Of a stretch of 64,000 nt of DNA, positions 1 to 8,655 are shown one piece after another. The DNA is from Methylocystis sp. (lineage in GTDB: Bacteria > Pseudomonadota > Alphaproteobacteria > Rhizobiales > Beijerinckiaceae): assembly GCA_044233645.1 (NCBI GenBank), contig JBIIJP010000005.1, positions 3,519-67,518 of the forward strand, in the 5' to 3' direction. Both the position numbers and the translations under genes were made by a program. Each line of letters starts with the position of its first letter. Positions within the stretch are counted from its first letter, which is position 1. Below the pieces are notes generated by a model. The model made no database searches. It was given only the letters and a program-made list of their open reading frames with translations, and was not told the DNA's origin.

Positions 1-11
1 GAAGTTTTTCG

Positions 12-1504
12 TTCAGCCTCTGTGAGCCACGCCCGCCATGAACGACGATACGATCGCCGCCTTCTCGTTTCCAGCCGTCTCACGCAAAAAAGTGACCGCC
101 GCCTTCGACGGCGGGCGTCTCACTTCCGATGGCGGCGTCATGCTTCTCTCGCTGGCCGAACGCCGCCTCAGGATTGCCGAGCGGCTGGCGCGCCGCATCC
201 CGGATCGCCGCGACCGGACGCGTATCGCTCACAGTTTCGCCGATATGATCCGCGCCCGTATTTTTGCAATCTGCTGCGGCTATGAGGATGCCGACGATCT
301 TGATCTGCTACGCGTCGACCCCGCCTTCAAGCTGGCCTGCGGGCGGCTGCCCGATACGGGGCGGGATCTCGCCTCGCAGCCGACGCTGTCCCGGCTCGAA
401 AACACGCCAACCCTGCGTGACGTGATCCGTCTCACCTATGCGCTCGTCGATCAGTGGATTGCATCTTACGCCCGGCCGCCGTCCCGGGTCATACTGGACA
501 TCGACGACACCTGCGATGTCGTCCACGGACATCAGCAATTGTCGCTCTTCAATGCGCATTATGACGAGCGCTGCTTTCTGCCGATCCATATCTACGACAC
601 GCAGAAAGCGCGCCCGGTCGCGGTGATCCTGCGACCCGGCAAGACACCGTCCGGCATTGAGGTTCGCGCGCATTTACGCGGGCTCGTGCGCCACATCCGC
701 AAGAGCTGGCCAGAGACGCGCATCCTGTTGCGCGGCGACAGCCACTATGCCCGACCCGAGGCGATGGCATGGTGTGAAGATAACGGCGTCGAATACGTCT
801 TTGGTCTTTCCGGGACGAAGCCGCTGTCCAAAAAGGTTGATGAGACCGCTGACGCCGTCCGCACCGAACGCGCCGTCCGCGACAGGGATGTCGTCCGCGA
901 TTACGCCGAAACGCGACACAGAGCCAGCTCATGGGACAGGGAACGGCGCGCCATTGCGCGGATTGAGGCGACAAGGCTCGGGCTCGATATCCGCTTCATC
1001 GTCACCAATCTCGCCTATGGCGCGCCCGAATGGCTATACGACAGCTCTATTGCGCGCGCGGACAGGCGGAAAACCTCATCAAATTGCATAAGTCGCAGCT
1101 TTGCTCTGATCGAACCTCCTGCCGCTCGGCGCTCGCCAACCAGACCCGGCTCGTTCTGCACACGGCGGCCTACTGGCTGATGCTCACCGTGCGGGACGCC
1201 ATACCCGCGCCGCGCGATCTGGCGAAGGCGGAGTTTGCGACCCTGCGGCTACATCTGCTGAAAATCGCTGCGCGCGTCACTGAAACCGCTGCACGGGTGC
1301 GCCTCGCTTTCGCCGCCGCCTGTCCGGAAGTCGATCTCTTCCGCGCTTTGCCGGCGGCGCTTCTGATGCCGGGCGGACCGTGATCGATGGGGCCGCACGC
1401 CCCTTTCGCTGTATCCCGGCTACTCTCCAACGCGTTCAAAAGTTCTGCCAAATCCGCCGTGAAAATCGGAACGATGATCCGCGCGCTCGGCACAGAGAGC
1501 TGAA
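12..1504 (+). mobile_element. IS1380-family insertion sequence (ends approximate)
   Basis: Imperfect terminal inverted repeats TTCAGCCTCTGTG (12-24) and CACAGAGAGCTGAA (1491-1504, reverse complement TTCAGCTCTCTGTG) bracket the transposase frames 38-1383. Ends were judged by eye. Confidence 0.55.
38..1383 (+). pseudogene. IS1380-family DDE transposase, split by a frameshift near 1044-1050
   Basis: ORF 38-1180 has the family N-terminus (FDGGRLTSDGGVMLL, DIDDTCDVVHGHQQ, RGDSHYA). The conserved C-terminus (LYCARGQAENLIKLHK, DRTSCRSALANQTRLVLHTAAYWL) continues in another frame as ORF 1030-1383. Confidence 0.85.
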
Positions 1505-1679
1505 ATTTACGCGAACTCATGAATAGGATGGGCTAGAAACGAACAATCCACAATCGTCGCTTGCAGCATCAACTAAAAGCCGCTTAATTTAACCCGCACC
1601 CAAATGAACCAGAGCCTCCGTTCCGAAAACTAAAAAATGTCCCAAACCATCTGACGACGGACAGAGAGTTGCGCGCTTC

Positions 1680-1943
1680 ATGGCGGCGTGCGGCTACCTG
1701 CCTATCAACGCGCTGTTACTGAAGCGCGTGCCGGCGTTGTCCGGGACGCGGATTTGTCGGCTGAATGTGGGCATCCTGGTCGCGGGTCGCGAGATCGCGC
1801 GGGCGAAACTGCGCGACAGACAGCATCGCGCCTTGCCGCAGTGGCGCGGCTGCCGAAGGCTTGGCGACGACGAAGTTTTTCTCGTCAACGCCGGCGTCCC
1901 GGACAGTCTGGACGGTCGTTATTTCGGACCCTTTTCGGCCTGA
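1680..1943 (+). pseudogene. traF: conjugative transfer signal peptidase TraF (S26 family), C-terminal fragment
   Basis: GYLPINALLLKRVPALSGTRICR ... WRGCRRLGDDEVFLVNAGVPDSLDGRYFGP matches the C-terminal half of ICE/plasmid TraF peptidases. The N-terminal half is missing and the IS1380 copy lies about 150 bp upstream. Confidence 0.7.
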
Positions 1944-1957
1944 TCCTGTGTGTGTCC

Positions 1958-3031
1958 ATGATCTCTTGTGAGCAAGCCAAAGGCGATTTTTTGGGGGGTC
2001 AAGGAGCGCAAAACATAGCGCCGCTGCGCGTCGATGATGCGATCCAGCCCCATGTCGCAGAAGCCGATTAGCGGGCGGGTCAAAGCGTTCAGAGAATGAC
2101 GCCGCTCCGCGCGGATGACGCCATCCGGTCCCATGTCGCGGAAGCATCGCGGCGCTTCCGGATTCCCGCAGACTGGATATGGGCCGTGATGTAGGCCGAG
2201 AGCGCGGGCGATGTCCGCGCGCGCTCCAAAAAAGGCGCCATGGGGCTGATGCAGATCATGCCGGCGACATGGACTATGCTGCGTAATCGGCTGGGTCTGG
2301 GCGACGACCCTTTCGATCCGCGCGACAATATTCTGGCCGGCGCCGCCTATCTTCGCGACTTGCATGATCGCTACGCGACGCGCGGGTTTCTTGCCGCCTA
2401 TAACGCCGGTCCCGTTCGCTACGAAGATCATCTCATGGGTCGGCGGTCGCTGCCGGCCGAGACGGTGGACTACGTCTCGACGGTCGGCCGGCGGATCGAT
2501 TCTGGGGCCACAATCGATGCCGAAGCATCCGCTGATGAAAACATCGCCGCGCTGCGCTCGACGCTGTTTCCGCGATCGATATTCGCGCAGTCCGATGACC
2601 AATCAACGGACGGGAAGCGGTCCACCACGCGGTCTCCAGCCGATCAATCGAGAGACGAAGAACGATCCACCGTGCGATCATCTGCCGACCGATTGGAAGA
2701 CAAAAAGCTCTTCACTGTGCGATCTCCAGCCATCCAATCGACGGACGAGCAACGATCTACCACGCGGTCTCCAGCCGACCAGTCGACGGACGAAAAACGA
2801 TCCCCCGCACCATTAGCCACCGGCCAATTGATGGACGAGCAGCTGTCAACCGTGCGGTCTCCAGCCGATCGTCCGACAGACGAAAAGCGATCCTTCGGTG
2901 GCCCCTCCGCCGATCCAGCGACGCGCGAAGATCGCGCCCTGGCGCGCGCGTCCAGTGATCGCGTCGCCGTCGATCTCTCGGCCATCGCGCCGTCGTCGAC
3001 AGGTCTTTTTCCGAGGGTCACGAGCCGATGA
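1958..3031 (+). pseudogene. lytic transglycosylase (SLT domain) with two in-frame TAG stops
   Basis: One frame reads ...HVAEAD*(2069-2071)...FRIPADWIWAVM*(2192-2194)AESAGDVRARSKKGAMGLMQIMPATW...AAYNAGPVRY. The stop falls immediately before the ES-GD catalytic-region motif, so only 2240-3031 stays open. Confidence 0.7.
2600..2959 (+). repeat. 45-bp degenerate tandem repeat, about 8 copies, inside the SLT tail
   Basis: Successive 45-nt units start CAATCAACGGACGGGAAGCGGTCC, CAATCGAGAGACGAAGAACGATCC, CGATTGGAAGAC, CAATCGACGGACGAGCAACGATCT, CAGTCGACGGACGAAAAACGATCC, CAATTGATGGACGAG, CGTCCGACAGACGAAAAGCGATCC. They encode 15-aa units like QSTDEQRSTTRSPAD. Confidence 0.85.
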
Positions 3032-3294
3032 GCATGCGCCAAATGTCGATCGCTTTGAACGTTTTTCAGACTGCAAGCGTTGGACAATTACATCTACGAG
3101 ATACGACCGAAACTGCAGGATTTGAAGACGGCAAGATAAAAGGGTCGGCGCCCGCGTCGCACAAGTCTCTGTCGAGACGCGTGCTTGCCGGCGCCTGTCG
3201 GTCGTGCGGCTGGCGCCTGATTTTTACCATTCACCCTGTTGCGCAACGATAATCCAGACGCCCGGCAATCCTTTTCCACGCGAGAATACGATCC

Positions 3295-3945
3295 ATGCGC
3301 GACGACGAGAATGACCTCACCTTGCGTCCGGGAAAGATCCGCAGCCGGCGCGGGCCGCCAACATCTTTCTTCACTCAGGTCCTGCGCGCGGTCAGCAAAC
3401 AAACCGGCGGCAGGTTTTCCGCTGGAGCAAACAGGAACGCTACTGCGGCGGGCCGCTCGACCTTCGGCAGGGGACGCAACGCCTATGGCCGCTCCCTCTT
3501 TTCCTCCTCCTCACGACGCGGCGCGATCAAGGCGCGGATCGTCCGCCATCGGGGCGCGGCCTTCCGTTCGGCGTCCATGACGAAACATATCGCCTATCTC
3601 CAGCGGGAGGGCGTCGCCAAAGAAAGCGACCGCGCCGTCATGTTCGACGCCAGCGGCGAGCCGGCAAACGAGCGCGCCTTTGTCGAGCGCTGCGCCGGCG
3701 ACCGCCATCACTTCCGCTTCATCGTCGCGCCGGAGGACGCGGCGGAGATGACGGACTTGCGCGCCTTTGCCCGCGATCTCGCCCGCCAGATGGAGCTGGA
3801 GATCGCGATCAAAATGATCGATACGCCCATGATGAGGTCTCTCCCGGCAGCGGTATTCTTTTACGCGCCTGAAGCTCGTTCAGAACGCGGCGCGTATTCC
3901 TCGGCGTTGCGCGATTTGGCGCATGGACGACGTCGGGAAGCTTGA
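3295..3945 (+). pseudogene. DUF3363-type ICE relaxase/mobilisation nuclease, N-terminal fragment
   Basis: MRDDENDLTLRPGKIRSRR, HIAYLQREGVAKE and ERCAGDRHHFRFIVAPEDAAEMTDLRAFARDLARQME resemble the first ~170 aa of much longer ICE relaxases. The similarity ends near 3800 and the frame stops at 3945. Confidence 0.65.
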
Positions 3946-4115
3946 AGGCGTCGATGGTTTTGGGATGTTTTGCTTCGAGCGCGTTCTGCGATGGCGTCGA
4001 CGGCGTGGATCGCGCAGGCGAAAAATTCGCCCCCGTCCCGTCACCGAATGCCCCTGAGACTCGCCGCCTCAGTGACGTCTCAGGAGAGGCCTTATCCCCA
4101 GCCCTCGCGCGTATA

Positions 4116-4137
4116 ATTTTAGAATCTATTTTAGAAT
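4116..4137. repeat. tandem ATTTTAGAAT x2 (12-bp period)
   Basis: ATTTTAGAAT at 4116-4125 and again at 4128-4137, in an AT-rich stretch between the ICE remnant and the xis-int module. Confidence 0.6.
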
Positions 4138-4196
4138 ATAATTTAAGGGAGCCAGGATTTGTTTTCCGACAATAGGTTAGTGGAGGTTTTGCGACC

Positions 4197-4267
4197 CGAT
4201 AGCACGATCGTCTTATGCCCGATGGCACGATCGTGCTATGATCTATTAGCACGATAAGCCGCACGAC
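4197..4267. repeat. iteron/operator-like cluster of GCACGAT motifs including a 14-bp palindrome
   Basis: CGATAGCACGATCGT (4197-4211) and CGATGGCACGATCGT (4220-4234) form a 15-bp direct repeat with one mismatch. GGCACGATCGTGCT (4224-4237) is a near-perfect palindrome (one outer-position mismatch; inner 12 bp GCACGATCGTGC perfect). Further copies are AGCACGATAAG (4248-4258) and GCACGAC (4261-4267). Confidence 0.6.
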
Positions 4268-4528
4268 TTTTCCACAGGCCGAAAACCGGAACGACAATTG
4301 CCCTTTTCCGGCTTCGTCGCGCGCCATCGATAATTCGTAATCGAGCAATCGGCCGCTATCGGCGAGGTCGCGCAGATCGCAAGTGTAGCCCCGCCGCAGC
4401 AAGACAACTACGCGCTGTAGCGATATTTTCCGCTAGCGCTTCTAATGCTGCGATCAGCAATTCAGAGCTCTTGAGCATTGCGCTATTCCGGTTATCTCAT
4501 TGAGCTTTAGGTCAATGGAGATGCGATA

Positions 4529-4762
4529 TTGCCCACCATCAAAATTCATTGGGACCTGATTTTTTTCGTCTTCCTGATTGTGTTTTCGGCGCTCTGGACC
4601 ATGACGCCATGGATGGTGTGGCGTCCGGGTTTTCAGTCGGAACTGGCGCCTTCCCGGTTTGAAGCACCGGGTGCCTTTTCGGTTTATTTCCTCCCGATCT
4701 TTTTTGGTTGTGTAACGCTTTCGGAGCTTGCGGACCCGAGATTTTCAACGCAAGCGGCGTAA
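4529..4762 (+). CDS. hypothetical small membrane protein (TTG start)
   Basis: 77-aa ORF with two hydrophobic segments (LIFFVFLIVFSALW, VYFLPIFFGCV). No recognisable family; weak support. Confidence 0.2.
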   Translation: MPTIKIHWDLIFFVFLIVFSALWTMTPWMVWRPGFQSELAPSRFEAPGAFSVYFLPIFFGCVTLSELADPRFSTQAA

Positions 4763-4992
4763 GCAAAGGCCATTCACAATGCAGACGATCCCAAGTCCGA
4801 TCTCATGAGACAAGAGGCTTCTGAGTCAGGCATTATTGTGCAGCGCAAAATGAAAGGATGTTGTGAGATGAAACACTCCTTGATCAAAATAGTTTTCTCA
4901 AGGTTTGACGCGGGGTTTCAGTCGGGAGCCGAAGAACGAGCCCAAACTATTGGTTCGGCTCATGTTCAATTTGTGAACGAGAGAGTTCTTTG

Positions 4993-5253
4993 ATGGAGAA
5001 AAACCGTTTCTCTCGTTTGCCCATTCGTCGTGGTCTCGGGGCGGCCGACGCTGCAATCTACATTGGGATTGGCGTCAGCCTATTCCGCCAAATGGTGATG
5101 GACGGGCGTATGCCCCGCCCAAAACTCCTGAATGGCCGTCGTATCTGGGATGTTGATGAAATCGACGCGGCGTTCAAAAGCCTGCCCCGTGATGGGGGTG
5201 AAACAGATGAGGTGATGGTAGACACATGGGCGGACGTGGCGCACGTATCCTGA
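4993..5253 (+). CDS. AlpA/excisionase-like HTH DNA-binding protein
   Basis: Small ORF just upstream of and overlapping the integrase. LGAADAAIYIGIGVSLFRQMVMDGRMPRPKLLNGRRIWDVDEID is the typical AlpA/Xis-type helix-turn-helix layout. ATG at 4993 (TTG at 4990). Confidence 0.7.
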   Translation: MEKNRFSRLPIRRGLGAADAAIYIGIGVSLFRQMVMDGRMPRPKLLNGRRIWDVDEIDAAFKSLPRDGGETDEVMVDTWADVAHVS

Positions 5254-6260
5254 TCCCTTATATCCACTCCTATGCCGATCGGCATGGCAAGGAACGATAT
5301 TACTATCGCCGTGGCGACAGGCGTATGGCGCTCCCGCCGCCCGACGCGCCCGACTTTATGGACAAATATAAAGCAGCTGCAGAGGCTCTTGCAAAAGAAC
5401 CTGCGCCAAAGTTGCGTGGAGAAGCTGGGACGTTTTCGAGACTTATCGCAGAATATGAACAATCAACCGATTTTAAGCGCCTGAAATTCTCTACCGCCGC
5501 CGTTTACCGGAACATGTTTGACAAGTTCTCCGCCAAACATGGCCATCGTCGTGTTGATCAGATGAAACGTCAACATGTCGATCTCCTGATCGCATCCATG
5601 GCTGATCGTCCAGGTGCTGCGAATTCCTTTCTCAAACGTCTCAAGAAGCTGATGGTGTTCGCGATATCGCGAGGTTGGATCACGAGTGATCCAACATATC
5701 GAATGAAAGGCTTCAAAGCCGGAGAAATCCATACCTGGACCGAGGCTCAAATCTCTCAATTTGAAAGTCATTGGCCTGTCGGCACCAAACAGCGGCTGGC
5801 TTTTGCGCTTCACCTCTATACCGGTCAGAGACGCTCAGACGTTCATCGCATGACCTGGGCGGATTATGACGGAGAAGGGATCCTCGTCACCCAACAGAAG
5901 ACGGGAACCAAGCTGGACCTCCCGGTCCACCCCGAGCTTAAATCCATCCTTGATGCTTCGCCCAAGTCCAGGGATACGATCGTTCTCACGGAATTTGGCC
6001 GGCCGTTCACGGTGGCTGGGTATGGGGCATGGATAAACGCCGCCATTCGGGCAGCCGACCTTCCGGTGGAATGTGTAGCTCACGGTCTCAGGAAAGCGGC
6101 GGCGCGGCGGATGGCTGAGGCTGGATGCACGCCGCACGAGGTGGCGGCGATTACGGGTCACAAAACGCTCGGCGAGGTCGAAAGATATACGCGCGCGGTC
6201 GATCAGAGACGGTTGTCGCGCGCCGCAATTGAGAAACAATCGCGGAACATGAATGGCTAA
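5226..6260 (+). CDS. tyrosine-type site-specific integrase
   Basis: Phage-integrase catalytic region LHLYTGQRRSD ... AHGLRKAAARRMAEAGCTPHEVAAITGHKTLGEVERYT (R, H-x-x-R, H, Y). The 3' end of tRNA-Glu lies 66 bp downstream. Confidence 0.9.
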   Translation: MGGRGARILIPYIHSYADRHGKERYYYRRGDRRMALPPPDAPDFMDKYKAAAEALAKEPAPKLRGEAGTFSRLIAEYEQSTDFKRLKFSTAAVYRNMFDKFSAKHGHRRVDQMKRQHVDLLIASMADRPGAANSFLKRLKKLMVFAISRGWITSDPTYRMKGFKAGEIHTWTEAQISQFESHWPVGTKQRLAFALHLYTGQRRSDVHRMTWADYDGEGILVTQQKTGTKLDLPVHPELKSILDASPKSRDTIVLTEFGRPFTVAGYGAWINAAIRAADLPVECVAHGLRKAAARRMAEAGCTPHEVAAITGHKTLGEVERYTRAVDQRRLSRAAIEKQSRNMNG

Positions 6261-6325
6261 CCAAGTCCGAGAATTTTGGCTAACTTTTCGGAAGTGATTG
6301 TTTGATCAATAGAACAAAAGAGGTA

Positions 6326-6401
6326 TGGCGCGCCCAAGGGGATTCGAACCCCTGTTTTCGCCGTGAAAGGGCGACGTCCTAGGCCTCTAGACGATGGGCG
6401 C
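6326..6401 (-). tRNA. tRNA-Glu: tRNA-Glu (anticodon UUC), CCA encoded
   Basis: Reverse complement GCGCCCATCGTCTAGAGGCCTAGGACGTCGCCCTTTCACGGCGAAAACAGGGGTTCGAATCCCCTTGGGCGCGCCA has a 7-bp acceptor stem, anticodon loop CTTTCAC and T-arm AGGGGTTCGAATCCCCT. Confidence 0.9.
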
Positions 6402-6574
6402 GCGTTAGGCCGGCCGATAAGGCGCGGAACCGGCTGTATAGATTGCTGAACGGATCAAGACAAGTCTGGCACGCCTCAAGCGCGAATTGGGCTAGGGCCC
6501 GGCGTCCCAGCTTCCTTGAGCGTCCCGCCGCAGCCAGTCTATAGTCGAACCTGAACAATCAGACAGGAGCGGCG

Positions 6575-6901
6575 ATGTTGCCAAAATCGTTCCATACCAT
6601 CCTCGTCACGCTCGGTTTTCTCTATCTGTCGCCGGTTACGGCGTGCGCCATGCCGATATGGCGCGATCCGGGAGTCGCGGCGCCTGTCGTCATGGTCTGG
6701 GGCGGTTGCGGCCCATATGGGCATCGCGGTCCCTTTGGCGGGTGCCGGCCTGGTGGACAATGGGGCGGCGGCTGGGGTCCCAGGCCCTACGCCTGGGGCG
6801 GTTACGGCTTTGGCGGGGGTTATGGGTATCGCGGCGGTTACTGGAGGGGCGGATACCGGCGCGGATGGGCGGGCGGCTATCGGCGCGGCTGGCGACGCTA
6901 A
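6575..6901 (+). CDS. secreted Gly/Tyr/Trp/Arg-rich small protein (GCG...CRP prefix plus GGY/RGW repeats)
   Basis: Signal peptide MLPKSFHTILVTLGFLYLSPVTACA, then GGCGPYGHRGPFGGCRPGGQ followed by GGYGFGGGYGYRGGYWRGGYRRGWAGGYRRGWRR. SD AGGAG lies 6 nt before the ATG. Confidence 0.7.
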   Translation: MLPKSFHTILVTLGFLYLSPVTACAMPIWRDPGVAAPVVMVWGGCGPYGHRGPFGGCRPGGQWGGGWGPRPYAWGGYGFGGGYGYRGGYWRGGYRRGWAGGYRRGWRR

Positions 6902-6921
6902 AAAAACCAAATTGGCGAGGA

Positions 6922-8043
6922 ATGCGCCGCCACATAAAAGTGGCGGACAAAAGCGGAGCCGCGACGGTCGTGATCGAACGAAAGACGATGTCCGTCATGG
7001 CCGCAACCGCTGCGCTGGCTGCCTCGGCCGGCGGCCTGCATTACAGCGGTTTCGAGGCGCCAACCTTCGGGCCAATCCTTAATTTTGCTGTTTGCGCCCT
7101 GGCGCTGGCCGGTATCGCGCATGTCATCGGCGAAGCAACCGATCAGCTCGGAAATCACCTCGGCCCCGCCGTTACGGGCGTCGTGCAGGCGGCGGTGGCA
7201 AGCTTGCCGGAGTTGTTTGTCTGTATCTTCTCGCTGAAGGCGGGGCTGGTGACGCTAGTGCAAGCATCACTGATCGGCTCAATTCTTGGCAATGTCCTGT
7301 TGTTGTTAGGTCTGGCGTTTATTGTCGGCGGCCGAAAACACGGCGTGCTGGTCTTCGAGAGCCAGTCGCCGCGCATGATCTCGACACTGCTGCTCCTCGC
7401 AGTGTCGGCACTGGTTTTACCGACTCTTGCGCAGGAACTCCATCTTCCGGCCGGGGATCATGAGCAACCGCTGGCGATCGTCTGCGCAATTGTCCTGCTG
7501 ATCGTTTTCCTCGTGCATACCGACGCCATGCTTACGCAAGGACAGCGCGCCGTGCCGAGCGAAGCCCACGCACGCGCCCACGCATGGCCGATCTCGACCG
7601 CCTTCTTGGTTCTGGCACTATGCGGCGCCGCCGCCGGGCTGGTCTCGGACTGGTTCGTCGAGGCGCTGGAGCCGGCGATCGAAATGTTGGGGATCAACCA
7701 GACTTTTGCGGGCCTGGTGATTGTCGCCATCGCCGGTAATGCTGTCGAGAATGTCGTTGGGGTGCGTCTTGCGGCGGAGGGCAAGGCCGACTTTGCGGTG
7801 AGCATTATCCTCAATAGCGCGCTACAAATCGCCGTGGCGTTGGTCCCTCTGCTGGTGCTGGTCAGTTTTTGGTTGGGCGGCGACGCCTTCACGTTGGCCA
7901 TCCCGCCCATTCTCGCGGTGGCGTTATTCCTGTCGGTCCTGGTCGTCACCGTCGTTACCGTCGATGGCCGCGCCGATATGGTCGACGGCGCCGCGCTCAT
8001 CGGTCTCTACGTGATCATCGCCGCGATTTTCTGGTGGGGGTAA
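6922..8043 (+). CDS. Ca2+/H+ (cation/proton) antiporter, CaCA family
   Basis: About 10 TM segments with the paired alpha-repeat motifs GNHLGPAVTGVVQAAVASLPELF and GNAVENVVGV. Start uncertain (ATG 6922 or 6988); the track ORF start at 6643 overlaps the previous gene and is unlikely. Confidence 0.8.
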   Translation: MRRHIKVADKSGAATVVIERKTMSVMAATAALAASAGGLHYSGFEAPTFGPILNFAVCALALAGIAHVIGEATDQLGNHLGPAVTGVVQAAVASLPELFVCIFSLKAGLVTLVQASLIGSILGNVLLLLGLAFIVGGRKHGVLVFESQSPRMISTLLLLAVSALVLPTLAQELHLPAGDHEQPLAIVCAIVLLIVFLVHTDAMLTQGQRAVPSEAHARAHAWPISTAFLVLALCGAAAGLVSDWFVEALEPAIEMLGINQTFAGLVIVAIAGNAVENVVGVRLAAEGKADFAVSIILNSALQIAVALVPLLVLVSFWLGGDAFTLAIPPILAVALFLSVLVVTVVTVDGRADMVDGAALIGLYVIIAAIFWWG

Positions 8044-8655
8044 GCCTTCCCCGCCCTCGACAAGCTGAGTGTAAACTGCGTTGATTGCCCCCTGCAACTC
8101 TCTCCACACCGGGTCGATAGCGACATTCGGACCCCAGTTATAAAGCGCCTTCGCAACCTCGGCGATCGTCTCGTTGATTGGCTCGCTGCCGCCTTCCTCA
8201 AGTTCATGTGAAAACAAGCGCGGCGGACATTCGCCTCGCCATGTTTGCCAATGTTCGTTAGCATAAAGGGAAACCCCTCCCCGAGCCGCAAGCCTTTCCG
8301 ACGTGTAAGCGGCAAATTGTCGATGCAACGGACCATCTGCGCCTTCCTGATTGTAGGCTCGCGCGACAGCAAAATATTTCACATGCTGGATTTCATGAGC
8401 GAGACAGCAAGCCATGCGTGCGTCGCTCATCCTCGGATCGTAATAGATCACGATCTCGCCATCAGGCAGCGCTTCCCCCTCCGATGTGAAACTTTGTCCG
8501 AGATAATCAAAGGTTTTCACTGCTGCGACGAGACTCACCTTGCCGGGATCATAGCCAAATTCCAGTGTCAAGGTGCGCAGTCTTTCCTGCCGTCGCAAGA
8601 ATTCCGCCGGGTCGATTAGCGCGTCGAACGATGTGTCTTCTGTGGTTTCGCTCAC
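7924..8655 (-). CDS. hypothetical protein with HExxH zinc-metallopeptidase-like motif
   Basis: 243-aa ORF with a GTG start, containing CCLAHEIQHVKYF. It overlaps the stop of the upstream ORF (GTGA), and its last ~40 codons are antisense to the antiporter 3' end. Confidence 0.5.
   Translation of the reverse strand: MSETTEDTSFDALIDPAEFLRRQERLRTLTLEFGYDPGKVSLVAAVKTFDYLGQSFTSEGEALPDGEIVIYYDPRMSDARMACCLAHEIQHVKYFAVARAYNQEGADGPLHRQFAAYTSERLAARGGVSLYANEHWQTWRGECPPRLFSHELEEGGSEPINETIAEVAKALYNWGPNVAIDPVWRELQGAINAVYTQLVEGGEGLPPPENRGDDHVETDERGAVDHIGAAIDGNDGDDQDRQE

Noticed and set aside
1170-1520. 116-aa ORF antisense to the IS1380 transposase 3' end
   Set aside because: It lies inside the IS on the opposite strand and has no family features, so it is a likely shadow ORF.
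3809-4402. 197-aa minus-strand ORF between the relaxase fragment and the xis-int module
   Set aside because: It has no recognisable family and heterogeneous composition. It is riddled with the iteron-like and tandem repeats described above, so it is more likely non-coding junction DNA.
6643-6921. 5' extension of the antiporter ORF (track start 6643)
   Set aside because: It overlaps the Gly-rich secreted protein gene in another frame and encodes Arg/Trp/Leu-rich sequence without TM character. ATG at 6922 or 6988 fits the transporter N-terminus.
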